From contig OZ287087.1 in the NCBI GenBank assembly GCA_965645245.1, forward strand, positions 992,001-1,056,000: DNA of 64,000 nt, written 5' to 3'. This document shows positions 35,966 through 47,021 of the stretch, one piece after another (position 1 is the first letter of the stretch; every line of letters starts with the position of its first letter). This DNA comes from Massalongia carnosa. Lineage: Eukaryota. A model generated the notes under the pieces. It did not search any database. It saw nothing but the letters and a program-made list of their open reading frames with translations, and was not told the DNA's origin. The position numbers and the translations under genes are program-made.

Positions 35966-37667
35966 ACAACGGAGACGCCAAAGGCCTCACCGTGGGGCGA
36001 CCGTCAAATATATAGATTTGCTCCTATCTCTTCGCATCAAAATATTAATAATTTAACGCGTTCAAACGCGTCGCAGACGTACGTACGGAAGAGGATACGA
36101 AGGCCAACCGCCGGGGGGGTAGAATGCGCGCGTCCCTGCACCATGCTTCTAAGGGTTCAAGTTCCTTCATGCAGTCATCAGCTGGAAGAAGATGTGGACC
36201 AAAGGAGCCATAATCCCCTACCCGGGTACAGTCGAATCGCGTTCTAGCTCCTGAGAGTTCAAGTCTCCCTATGCAGTCATCAGATAGGATGAACTGAACG
36301 CGTAAAGGCACTGGCGCGAAAGCTGTCACCTTAAGTAAACTCCATCTCGGAGCAGAATAACAATATCCCATTTATAGGCCAACCTGTTAAATAAAATCGA
36401 GGAAAATACAGAGTCACAAAACAAATAGTCATCAATCACACGTTGTACAAAGCACACAGTCGCAAACATACAGTCACAAACAAATGGTCACAAATCATAT
36501 AGTCACAAAAAACACAATCACAAATCAATAACACGTCCCTGTGAAGGGGGTTCTGCGGAGGCTCGTTAAGACAGATCTGCACTCCGATAATATCGGAGTA
36601 TATATTTTTAGAGGTTCAAGTCCTTTCTAGCAGTCATCAGCTAAAATTAATTTATTTTGACACCGGCATGGTGTGGATTTGACAAGGGTAGACCTCGATA
36701 GATCACAAAACGAATAAAAAGAGTTCAGCGGAACTTCGTTAATATTGTTCTCGAAGACCTCGTTAATAAGATTTTTGTAGACCTCGTAAACAACGTTCGG
36801 TCATACTTTTAAATTTTCAAGTCCTTTCATGCAGTAATCGGCTGAGAACTATAGACGTATGACACGGGTCAGCTATGTCTATCACACGGGTCTCCTTCGT
36901 ATACAAAACGGAGCTCTCCGGCTGAAAGAAATAACACATATAGACAAATAGTGTAGGGTCATACCCTATACGATACAAGGCATTTTGGTTATGAAAACCA
37001 TCCGATTGATAGCTACCGTGAGCATCACGGCCCGAACCGAAGTCTTACCGGGGATGGTGGAGGCAATTTATTCGTCAAATAGGACACGCTTGGGACAAGA
37101 AGAGGGTAATATACGAGGAGCCCGTTAATTGATAACAGTCTAGGCCCTTAGCTAATAGACGAATTCCTAACGAGCGCCCCTCCGAGTTGTCCTCGACTCG
37201 TTTTAGTTAGTAGGGACGGAAAGTCGATACTATACTGAGTGGTCAGGAGCATAGTGGTTGAAATCCCTACGAGTCATGGTCGGTTCATAAACGGGAGGAC
37301 TTTATGAATAACGCGAAGTAGGCGTAAAAAACCCCTGAGGCGTGGTATGCAACAGCGGCCACCGTACGGAGACCGTCTGCATAGCCAGAGACGACAGTAT
37401 ACGCATGTCGGTGTAAATAGAGCAGGGGATGTCTATCTCGCTCATAACGAGACCCCGTCGTTTCGAGGGCGCATTAGCTACGGCTAGACTTGCCCTTGAT
37501 ATGTGCTTAAGGAGTAAACTTGGTTTGACCTGGGCGAAAGTGACGTCGTTCACCCCAATCGTAGAAATCATCAATAGTCTTGGCCCCTAAAACGCACCAG
37601 TGATATGAACGAAAACTGGGATAGAGACTTTACGAAGGAGATGTCAACTCTATTTTACCATTCTTAG

Positions 37668-39131
37668 CCTTTGACACGCAATCCAAAAACTATTTCTCAT
37701 CCGTAATTTACATAATTATGCCGAAAATAGCAGCTTATCGATCGAGAGTAGCTGTATTTGTTACAGAATGCAATTCGAAATTAAATTGAACGTCAAGAAC
37801 GGATCTTATTGACGATACCGATATGCAAATTATCCAGATTACAATTGATAAAGTTCGAAATGTGCACATTATCAGCATTTACAATGAAAAAAGTTAAAAC
37901 GATCGAGAAACATATACAATTAACCGACTTTTAGTCAAATATTAACCATTATTCAATGATCAATTCGTAATATATGGAAATTTCAATGAAAATCATAACT
38001 GGTGGAATTCGAAAATACAGCATGCAATTCGATCTGAAAATCTATACAAATAATTAAAATTATAAAAGAGTAGTTTGATTGATACGCCTCATTTATGCAC
38101 ATTTTATGCCCATTTTGGTTGTTCTGCATCTGTTATTGATTTAACCTTTGCAAATACTAAAATCAAAAATGCAATAACAAATTGATCAATCGATAAAAAC
38201 GCAGTCACAGGTTCAGATCATGACCTCATTCGATTTGAATTTATCGCATATTTTAAGAATTTGACGACACATGCAACCGTATTATCAAACAAATACAATT
38301 ACAATAAATCCGAGTATAACAAGTTCTTAAAGTTTTTAGATGAAAATTCAATAAGCTACGAAAAACCAGTTCAAAGTTTATTGAATAATCATAAATTCGA
38401 CGAATCAGCGATTTATTTGCAAGATATTATTATTATTATTAAATTCATAATCGTTGTGAAATCAGCTACAGCCGACCCATGCGAGAAAAGCTATCAAAGT
38501 TTCAAAGAAGGAAAACCCTCATCTAGGGGAAAAAACCTTCATCTGTATACCTACACGTGATCGCTCGACCTCACTTCGCGAATGGTACGATTTGCCAGCG
38601 CCACGTCTACGACACATATGTGTATCAAGAGACTGCCTTCTGTCTCTGTTATAACTAGAGTTTGTGACTATCACTACGCGACAGTCTGGGGGAGGAAGAA
38701 AGACAATCTACAGCTAGCGAAAACTGTGTCAATAGATTAGTCCGCATAAGCCAACGAGCGGAGGCTTGTAAGCCCTTTTCGGTGGTCTGAAGGCGGCGAT
38801 AATCCGTCGTTCCGGCGTCTCTGTACATGTTGCTTCGGCCGTTAACAAACTTGGGGCAGCTGAGTAGTACATGCTTGTGGGAACTCGACGAGAGAATCGA
38901 TAATCCGCCAAGCCAATACGCTCAGTACGCACTTGAATTATGAGACTGCTATCGGATTTGCTGAAGTTCTTATGTAATCCTAGTCTCTATATAGAAAGAT
39001 CTTCAGTAAGCTCAGCGCAGGGATGAGGCTGATGAGCCGCCTGATGCAAGATATTATTAAAGACGTAGCTGAATTATTTATTCCGAAGACTAAAATATTT
39101 GCAAAATCGAAAAATTGGTAGTCGCAAGATT
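37668..39131 (+). mobile_element. 5'-truncated LINE-A (APE region) fused to X copy 2
   Basis: Begins just after the QE of QEPW; continues TISHP..., TGSDHD; rejoins across 38433..39044. Confidence 0.8.
38433..39044 (-). mobile_element. Short 3' fragment of a Tad-like LINE
   Basis: TSD TGCAAGATATTATTA (38418-38432/39045-39059); (TAA)n tail; IQVRTERIGLADY homologous to the LINE-B C-terminus. Confidence 0.88.
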
Positions 39132-40500
39132 TATTTTTTTATTTATTCATCAAGTTTATTAAAACTAAGGTTATGACATTAAACTATTTTATGATATATT
39201 TCTATAATACAAATCAATCAATCAATCAACCAATCTCTGAATCGTCAATTTTGCCCCGTTTTTATACCGTGTTAGTAACACCTAAAAATAATCGAATTTA
39301 GATTTTACAATTTGTGTTTGTAAACTTCGTAAATGTTTCAGCATAAATCAATTCTGATTTTACTGTCGATCTCTTCCCAACCTCCCGTTTCGAGAATTTC
39401 GTCTTCTAGCTGACCTAGTATCCATTTTCTAGTAGCGATTTTTGTTTTAACAATAAACTTTATCAAAATATCATTTCCAATTTTGGTATTGAATAACATA
39501 TTTAAATTGATTGTAGTATCTGCATTTTATTTCATTATTTGAATCTCTTTAAAATAGTGAATGCAGTTCAGCAATAGATGTTCTGGTGTTTGAAGATCGT
39601 TACATCGATGTGTGCATTTCGACGAATTATAATCTTTCAATCGATGTAGATATGATCGGAAATAATAGTGTCCGAACTTCAGCTGTATAATGGTATCAAA
39701 GATCAATTTCGAATAATTGTTTGACAAACGATAAAAACTCGATTTGCTATGTTACATTTCGAATTTCTCGTAAGATTTGCCTTTTAACCTGCATCGTTGC
39801 CATTGATTCGTCCATGTTTTTAGCGTATATTGATAAATTTGACTTTTCAAATAGTCCAATGTGATCGCTGATGACTCCACTAGGATTTGACTGTGACCCG
39901 ATTTCGCCGTTTTGTCTGCAATTTCATTTTCGATAATTTTCAAATGACTAGGAATCCATTGCAGAATTATCTGAAATTTATTTTTGAATAAACATTTGGC
40001 AATCTTTCGAATTTGCTTCGCGTAAATATGATTAGTAAAATTTTGAATTTCATTTATCGCATTTAAACTATCGGAAAATATCCATATTGTTTTTTCATTC
40101 GCGTTCGTCAATTTATATGTCCATTTGACTGTTTGTGAAATCGCACGAAGTTTAGCATTTTAAATGCTTGACTGTTTGCTACAATTTCCAGCTTTTCGAA
40201 ATTGTATAATATTTAATAAAGCAATCTTTTTCAATAAAGTGATCGAAATCATCGATAAAATTGTTCTATTTTTGGATAATTGGTGCAAATGTGACAGCAG
40301 AAGTTGCAAATTTGACTTTTGAACCATCCGTATAAAGTAATATTCGTGATATATCGGAATTCGTAGATTGAATTTTTGACAAAGTCGAATAATAACTTGA
40401 TTTTGCTGTTTCTTTTGACTTATTAATTTGAAATTCAATTTGAAAGGACGAATTCTATGGTTCATAAAGTTATTTGATTGTTCGAATTCATCAGTTTTGT

Positions 40501-43234
40501 TTTTTTTTTTTTATACATTAAGTGTATACATCCTAAGGTTATGATACTAAACTATTTAAGGATATGTTTATATATTACAAATAAATCAATCCTTTATAAC
40601 CTATCTATGTATCGTCAATTTTTCCCAATTTTTACTCCGTGTTAATAATAACCTATAGTAATCGAAAAATATCGAGTTTAAAATTTGTTTTTCTAAGTTC
40701 GCAAATGTTTCAGCACAACTTGTTTCCGATTTTACTGTTCGATCTCTCCGCAACCTCCAGTATCGAAAATATTGTCATCAAGCTGACCTAGTATCAATTT
40801 TCTAGTCGCGATTTTGTTATTGACAATGACTTTAATCACAATGTCATTTCCGATTTTTGTATTAAACAAGATATTCAAGATGATCGTAGTATCGATACTT
40901 TGTTTCATGTTTTGAATTTCATCGAAATAGTGAATGCAATTCAATAACAAGTTTTCTGGTGTTTGTCGTTGATTGCATCGATTTGTGCATTTTGACAAAT
41001 TATGATCATTCAATCAATGTAAATATAATCGAAAATAGCCGTGTCCGAACTTTAATTGCATAATAGTAGCAAATATCAATTTGGAACAGAAGTTTCATAA
41101 ATAATAAAATCTCGATATGCCAGGTTTCATTTCGAATTTCTAGTAGTATTTGCCTTTTGATTTGTATTGTTACCATTTATTCGTCCATGTCTTTAGCATA
41201 TTTTGATTTATTTGATCTTTTAAAGAATCAAATATTATCGCCGAGGACTCGACTAGGATTTGATTATGGCCCATCTTTGAGCTTTTTTCTGCAATTTCGT
41301 TTTCGGTAATATTTGAATGACTCGGAACCCATTGCAAAATCACCTGATAATTGATTTAAATTAAGCGTTTGCGAGCTTTCGAATTTGTCTTGCGAAAATA
41401 TGATTTGTCAAATTATGAATTTCGTTTATCGCGTTTATACTATCAGCAAAAATCCAAATCGTTTTTTCTAAATTCGATAAAATATTAGTATTGGACAATT
41501 CATAGACCCATTTCATTGCTTGTAAAATCGCATGCAGTTCAGCATTTTTAATGCTTGACTGTTTGCTTAATTTCCAGCTTTTCAAAATGGTATGATACTT
41601 GATCAGACAATTTTTTTCGATAAATCGATAAAATTACTGATAATATTACTCTAATTCCTTATAATTGGCGCAAATGTGACTGCAGACGTTGCAAATTCAA
41701 TTTTTGATCTATCCGTATAAAGTAAAACTCGGGATTTATCGGAGTTCATTGATTGAATTTTTGATAGGGTTGAATAATAACTAGATTTAGCAGATTAATT
41801 TGTATTTTCGATTTGAAATTAGATTCCGCACGGCGATTTCAAAGGTTTAATAAAATGATTTGATTGTTCAAATTCATCAGTTTTGTGAACTATGTCGGAA
41901 ATGGAATGAAGAACGCGAATAAGCTGACTAGGATGTCGTTTATTTGTTTGCTTTTCGTCTTCGTTCCTTTCGGCATATTTGTTGTTCCATAAACTAGTGT
42001 CAAAACCGATGTTTTCGAATTTCATCGAATATGAGTTTGGAATTCTTTGACAAATAGGGTTATTTTCGGCAATCTTCAAAAATCGAATTGAGTATTTTTG
42101 TTTTTCATAACTAATCGAAGTTTAACAGGTAAAATATTTGATTCAATTTCCCTCGCCTGAATAGCTGTGGTTTTGAAAGTTCCTAAAATCTTTCGAATAA
42201 TTCGATTTTGTAGGTTCTGAAACAGTTTTCATATTTCTTTTGACCATTATGCCAAATTTCTGAGCCGTAGTCCGAAATAGGAATAATGCATGACAAATAG
42301 AGCTGTCTTCATGCGGTCGGTTTCAGACACCATTCGGATTTCATCAAATTCTGAATTACAAAAAACGATCGATTCTGTAACGGTTCGACCAAGCGTGGTG
42401 CGGACGGCAGGACCTACAGCGAACATAGCATTAGTCCCAGTTATAGTAGAATAGAGCTTGGTCTGCGCACTAAGTATTGTGCCTTTTGTTCGGGAAGGAC
42501 AGGTGGCGCAATGGTAGAAATCTATTCACTATCTCGCTTCGTAACAGATTTGCAGAAGAGATTCGCGTTTCGACGTGTTTTTTGAAATTTAGTTTTCGGT
42601 CTAACCAGACACCCAACCATTTGACTATATTTTTCGGTTCTAGTACTGTCCCGTTTCGTAATTCCAATATTTCTTTCGATACATTTCTTTTCTTTTCGAA
42701 GTAAATCAGCTCGGATTTATCGTCATTAAATTTGACATTATTCGATGCGGCCCAATCAAAGGCCGTTTTGACTTTGATTCCGATTTCTATGCAATTCTGT
42801 TTTGCAGTTTTATTTTCGAAATATATTGCAAAATCTTTAATAAAACTGGGAGAATTTGCATTGAATTTCATTCGTATTTTAGGAAACAAGTGACCAATGT
42901 AAATCAGAAATAGAATAGGCGAGATTGGTGATGCTTGTGGAATTCCTGATTCGAAATAATATGTTTTGCTTTTAATTTTATCAAATATCAAATTGTTCGA
43001 TCGTTTTGTCATGAAATGCTTGACCCATTGAATTATTGTGGGGGGTGGTTTTGGCTTTTTCATAATATTTAGCAGTTGATTAATCGAGATAAAGTCAAAT
43101 TCGCCCTTAACATCGAGTAATAAACATGATAAGACGTTTTTATTTCGATTGGCAATTTCATTATTATGAACAACATTTATTACTGCGTCGATTGCAGAAT
43201 GATTTTTGCGTCCGCCCATCTGTTCGATGTCGAG
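40501..43234 (-). mobile_element. 5'-truncated LINE-A (RT-RNase H-3'UTR-polyA) fused to X copy 3
   Basis: Poly(A) at 40501-40513; ORF 42470..43219 (NHSAIDAV, PISPILF); RNase H NAELHAI, IFADS. Confidence 0.9.
42376..42546. mobile_element. Solo LTR, family S2
   Basis: TGTAACG...CGTAACA, TSD GATTC/GATTT (1 mismatch); inverted homologue of 31147..31317. Confidence 0.9.
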
Positions 43235-44951
43235 CTAAGAATGATAAAATAGAGTTGACATCTCCTTCGTGAAGTCTCTATCCCAGTTTTCGTTCATCTC
43301 ACTGGTGTATTTTACGGCCCAAGACTATTGATGAACTCTACGATTGGGGTGGACGACATCCCTTTCACCCAGGTCAAACCAAGTATACTCCTTAAGCATA
43401 TATCAAGTGCGAGTCTAGCTGTAGCCGATGCACCGGCGAACCGACGGGGTCTCGTTATTAGCGAGATAGACATTCCCTGCTCTATATTAACCGACATGCG
43501 CATACTCTCCTCTCGGGCTTTGCAGACGGTCTCTGTACGGTGGCCGCAATTGCATACCACGCCTCACGGGTTTTTTAACCCCACTTCGCGTTATTTATAA
43601 AGGTCTCCCTTTTATGAACCGACCATGTCTCGGACAGATTTCGACAGCTATGCTCCTTACCAGGCAGTAGAGTATCCATTTTCCGTCCCTACTAACCAAA
43701 ACGAGTCGAGGACAACTCGGAGGGGTGCTCGTTTGAAATTCGTCTATTAGCTCAGGGCCTAGACTTTTATCAATTAACGGGTTCCTCGTATATTGCTGTC
43801 TTCTTGTCCCAAGGGTGTCCTATTTGATGAATACGTTGACTCCACCATCCCCGGTACGACTCCGGTTCGGGCCGTGTTGCTCACGGTAGCCATCAATCGG
43901 ATGGTTTTCATAACCCAATCCCTTGTATCGTGTAGGGTGTTACCCTACACTATGTATCTATATGTTTTATTTCTTTCAGCCGGAGGGCTCCGTGTTGAAG
44001 ACGAAGGAGACCCTTGTGATAGACATAGCTGACCCGTGTCGTACGTCTTTAGCTCTCAGCCGATGACTGCATAAAAAGACTTGAACCTTTAAGAGTATGA
44101 CCAAACGTTGTTAACGAGGTCTATGAAAATTTTATTAACGAGGTCTTCGAGATCAATATTAAGGAAATTCCGCTGAACTCTTTTCATTTGTTTTGTGCTC
44201 AATCGAGGTCTACCCGTGTCAAATCCACACCATGCCCGTGTCAAAATACATTATTTTCAGCTGGACTTGAACAACTAAAAATATGTAATCCGATATTAAC
44301 GGGGTTCAGATCTGTCTTAACGAGCCCCTGCAGAGCCCCCTTCACAGGGACATGTTATTGATTTGTGACTGTGTTTTTTATGACTGTGTGTTTTGTGACT
44401 GTATGTTTGTAATTGTATGTTTGTGACTGTTTGCTTTGTGACTGTGTGCTTTGTACAACGTGTGATTGATGACTATGTGTTTTGTGACTTTGTTTTCCTC
44501 GATTTTAGTTAACAAGCCGGGCCTATTAAATGGGATATTGTTATTCTGCTCCGAGATGGAGTTTTCTTGAGGTGACAGCATTCGCCCCGGTGCCTTTACG
44601 CGTTCTGTTGATCCCAGCTGATGACTGCATGGGGAGACTTGAACTCCCAGGAGCTAGAACGCCTTTCGACTGTGCCCGGGTGGGGGATGATCCGGCTCCT
44701 TTGGTCCACATCTTCTTTCAGCTGATGACTGCATGAAGGGACTTGAACCCTTAGAAGCATGGTGCAGGGACGCGCGCATTCTACCCCCCGGCGGTTGTCC
44801 TTCGTATCCTCTTCCGTACGTACGTCTGTGACGCGTGTGAACGCGTTAAATTAGCATTGTTTTTATGCGAAGAGATAGGTGCAAATCGATTTTTGACGGT
44901 CGTTCCACGGTGAGGACAGATGGTATAGAAGGAGGAGGACCAATGGTGTAG
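43235..44951 (-). mobile_element. Unclassified element X, copy 3 (uninterrupted, ~1.7 kb)
   Basis: Starts CTAAGAATGATAAAATAGAGTTG exactly like copy 1; ends in ~2 units of the 23-bp repeat. Confidence 0.88.
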
Positions 44952-47021
44952 GCTCGTCCGTCTCGAATCTTATCTGTATCGAGTTCTTATATTCAGCGGT
45001 GAAAAGAGCTCTCATCAGTTGTTTGAACTATGTCCGAAACGGAGTGCAGAACGCGAATAAGCTGACTAGGATATCGTTATTTGATTGTTTTTCGTCTTCG
45101 TTCCATTCTTCATATTTGTTGTTCCATACGCTAGTATCAAAACCGATGTTTTCGAATTTCATCGAATATGTGTTTGGAATTCTTTTATAAAGGGGATTAT
45201 TTTCGGTAATCTTCAATAATCGAATAGCATACTTTTTATTTTTTATGAATAATCATAATCTTACTGGTGAGATATGTGATTCAATTTCTATCGACTCATC
45301 TGTTGTTGTTTTGAATGTTCCTAAAATCTTTCGAATCATCCGATTTTGCAAATTTTGAAATAGTTTTTTATATTTCTTTTGACCATTGTACCAAATTTCT
45401 GAACCATAATCTGAAATAGAAACGATGCATGACAAATAAATCTGTCTGCATGCTGTCGGTTTTAGACCCCATTCCGAGTTCATCAAATTTTGAATCGCAA
45501 AGAACGACCGATTTGCAGATGAAATTCGAGTTTCGACATGTTTTTTGTAATTCAGTTTTCGATTTAGCCAGATTCCCAACCATTTGACTATATTTTGCGG
45601 TTCTAGTATGGTTCCGTTGGGTAATTGCAGTGTGTCTTTCGATGCATTTCTTGTCTTTTCGATGTGAATCTGTTCGGATTTATCGTCATCAAATTTAACA
45701 TTATTCGATGCGGCCCAATCAGATGTTATTTTAACTATGATTTCAATTTCTTTGCAATTCTGTTTTGCAGTTTTGTTTTCGACATATCTTGCAACATCGT
45801 CAATAAAACTAGGAGAACGTGCATTGAATTCAATTACGTAATTTCGGAAATAAGTGACGAATATAGATCGAAAATAATATATGCGAAATAGGTGAGCCCT
45901 GTGGAATTCCTGATTCAATATAATAGGTTTGCTTTTTATGTTCATCGATTATTAGATTGACCGATCGTTATGTAATAATATGTTTCACAAATTGAATAAC
46001 TATGCGAGATAATTTCAGAATTTTTATGACATTTAACAGCTGATTAATCGATACAAAGTTAAAAGCTCCTTTGATGTCGAGTTATAAATATGATAAAATA
46101 TTCTTTTTTCGATTTCCTATTTCGATATCATAAACGACGGTCATGACTGCGTCAATTGCAGAATGATTTATGCGTCCGCCCATCTGTTCGATATCTAATT
46201 AATTCGAATTTTCGACGATGTAGGCAATGCGATTTGCAACGATTTTGTCAGCAATTTTACCACAACAGTTTAGTAAAGTGATAATCCGATATGATTTTGG
46301 CAGCCAATGGTCTGATTTATTAGGTTTTTTCAAAAACTGCACCGAATCCTGTTCGCAAGCATAAAGGATTAAGACCGGTTTTGTATAAATTTTTAAAAAA
46401 TCATAAAAAACACGTTTTTCACCGATCGAAACGATTTTTGAACAATTGTGAAATTGATTGCATCAGATCCACATGCTTTTTTCGGATTAAACAAACTAAT
46501 CGCTTTTTGCACCTTGTTTTCTGTCAAATCCGGCCAAATATCGTTATCTTCATTGTTTTGATTCGATAAATCTTCAACATTATCGTCAATAAATGGGTTT
46601 TTTGTGTACATTGCTGCCACAAATGCATCGCATTTGTCATCGAATTGAAAATTTAACTTATTTTTACATTGAATCGGTGGTATTTTTTCGAATATGCGCG
46701 GTTTGGTGTATTTATACGCGGTAAATACGTCTTTATTCGCTGCATTTTCTAGAAAAGTCAACCAAGTCTGTTGTTTTGATTTTCGAATTGCATGAAAATA
46801 TTCGATTCGACTATGTTTAAACGTTCTATGACTAAAATCGGACGGTTAATTCTTCTATTCTCGTCGATATATTGACATTATTTTCCGAAGTTCGGTTAAA
46901 TCTTGCGACCACCAATTTTTCGATTTTGCACATATTTTTGGTCTTCGGTATAAACAATTCAGCTGCCTCTTAAATAATATCTTACAAATAAATCGCTGAT
47001 TCGTCGAATTTATAATTATTC

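Larger units (their letters stand above)
34790..37667 (+). mobile_element. Unclassified element X, copy 2 (with a solo LTR in its 23-bp array)
   Basis: 23-bp repeat array, body 35935..37667 homologous to copies 1 and 3, ends CATTCTTAG. Confidence 0.85.

Noticed and set aside
36141..36300. tRNA genes
   Set aside because: Only a T-arm is present; no D-arm/A-box, anticodon arm or acceptor stem at proper spacing.
36605..36650. Hammerhead ribozyme on the CTGATGA strand of the X modules (CTGATGA...GAAA...TC)
   Set aside because: GAAA and UH are not kept in the other modules (GAAG, AGGG/GGGG), one module has CCGATGA, and stem I is out of register. The T-arm reading explains the covariation better, though a cleavage test is still worthwhile.
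37640..37680. X as an exon spliced onto LINE-A, or as an introner/Helitron
   Set aside because: LINE-A positions before the three junctions lack a consistent acceptor AG; flanks do not rejoin; no CTRR end with a GC-rich hairpin or A|T target. The pyrimidine-rich ...TTAG end could still be an excised-intron terminus.
43312..43560. Minus-strand 82-aa ORF conserved in X copies 1 and 3
   Set aside because: Shadow of the opposite frame: changes are radical and copy 2 has an internal stop.
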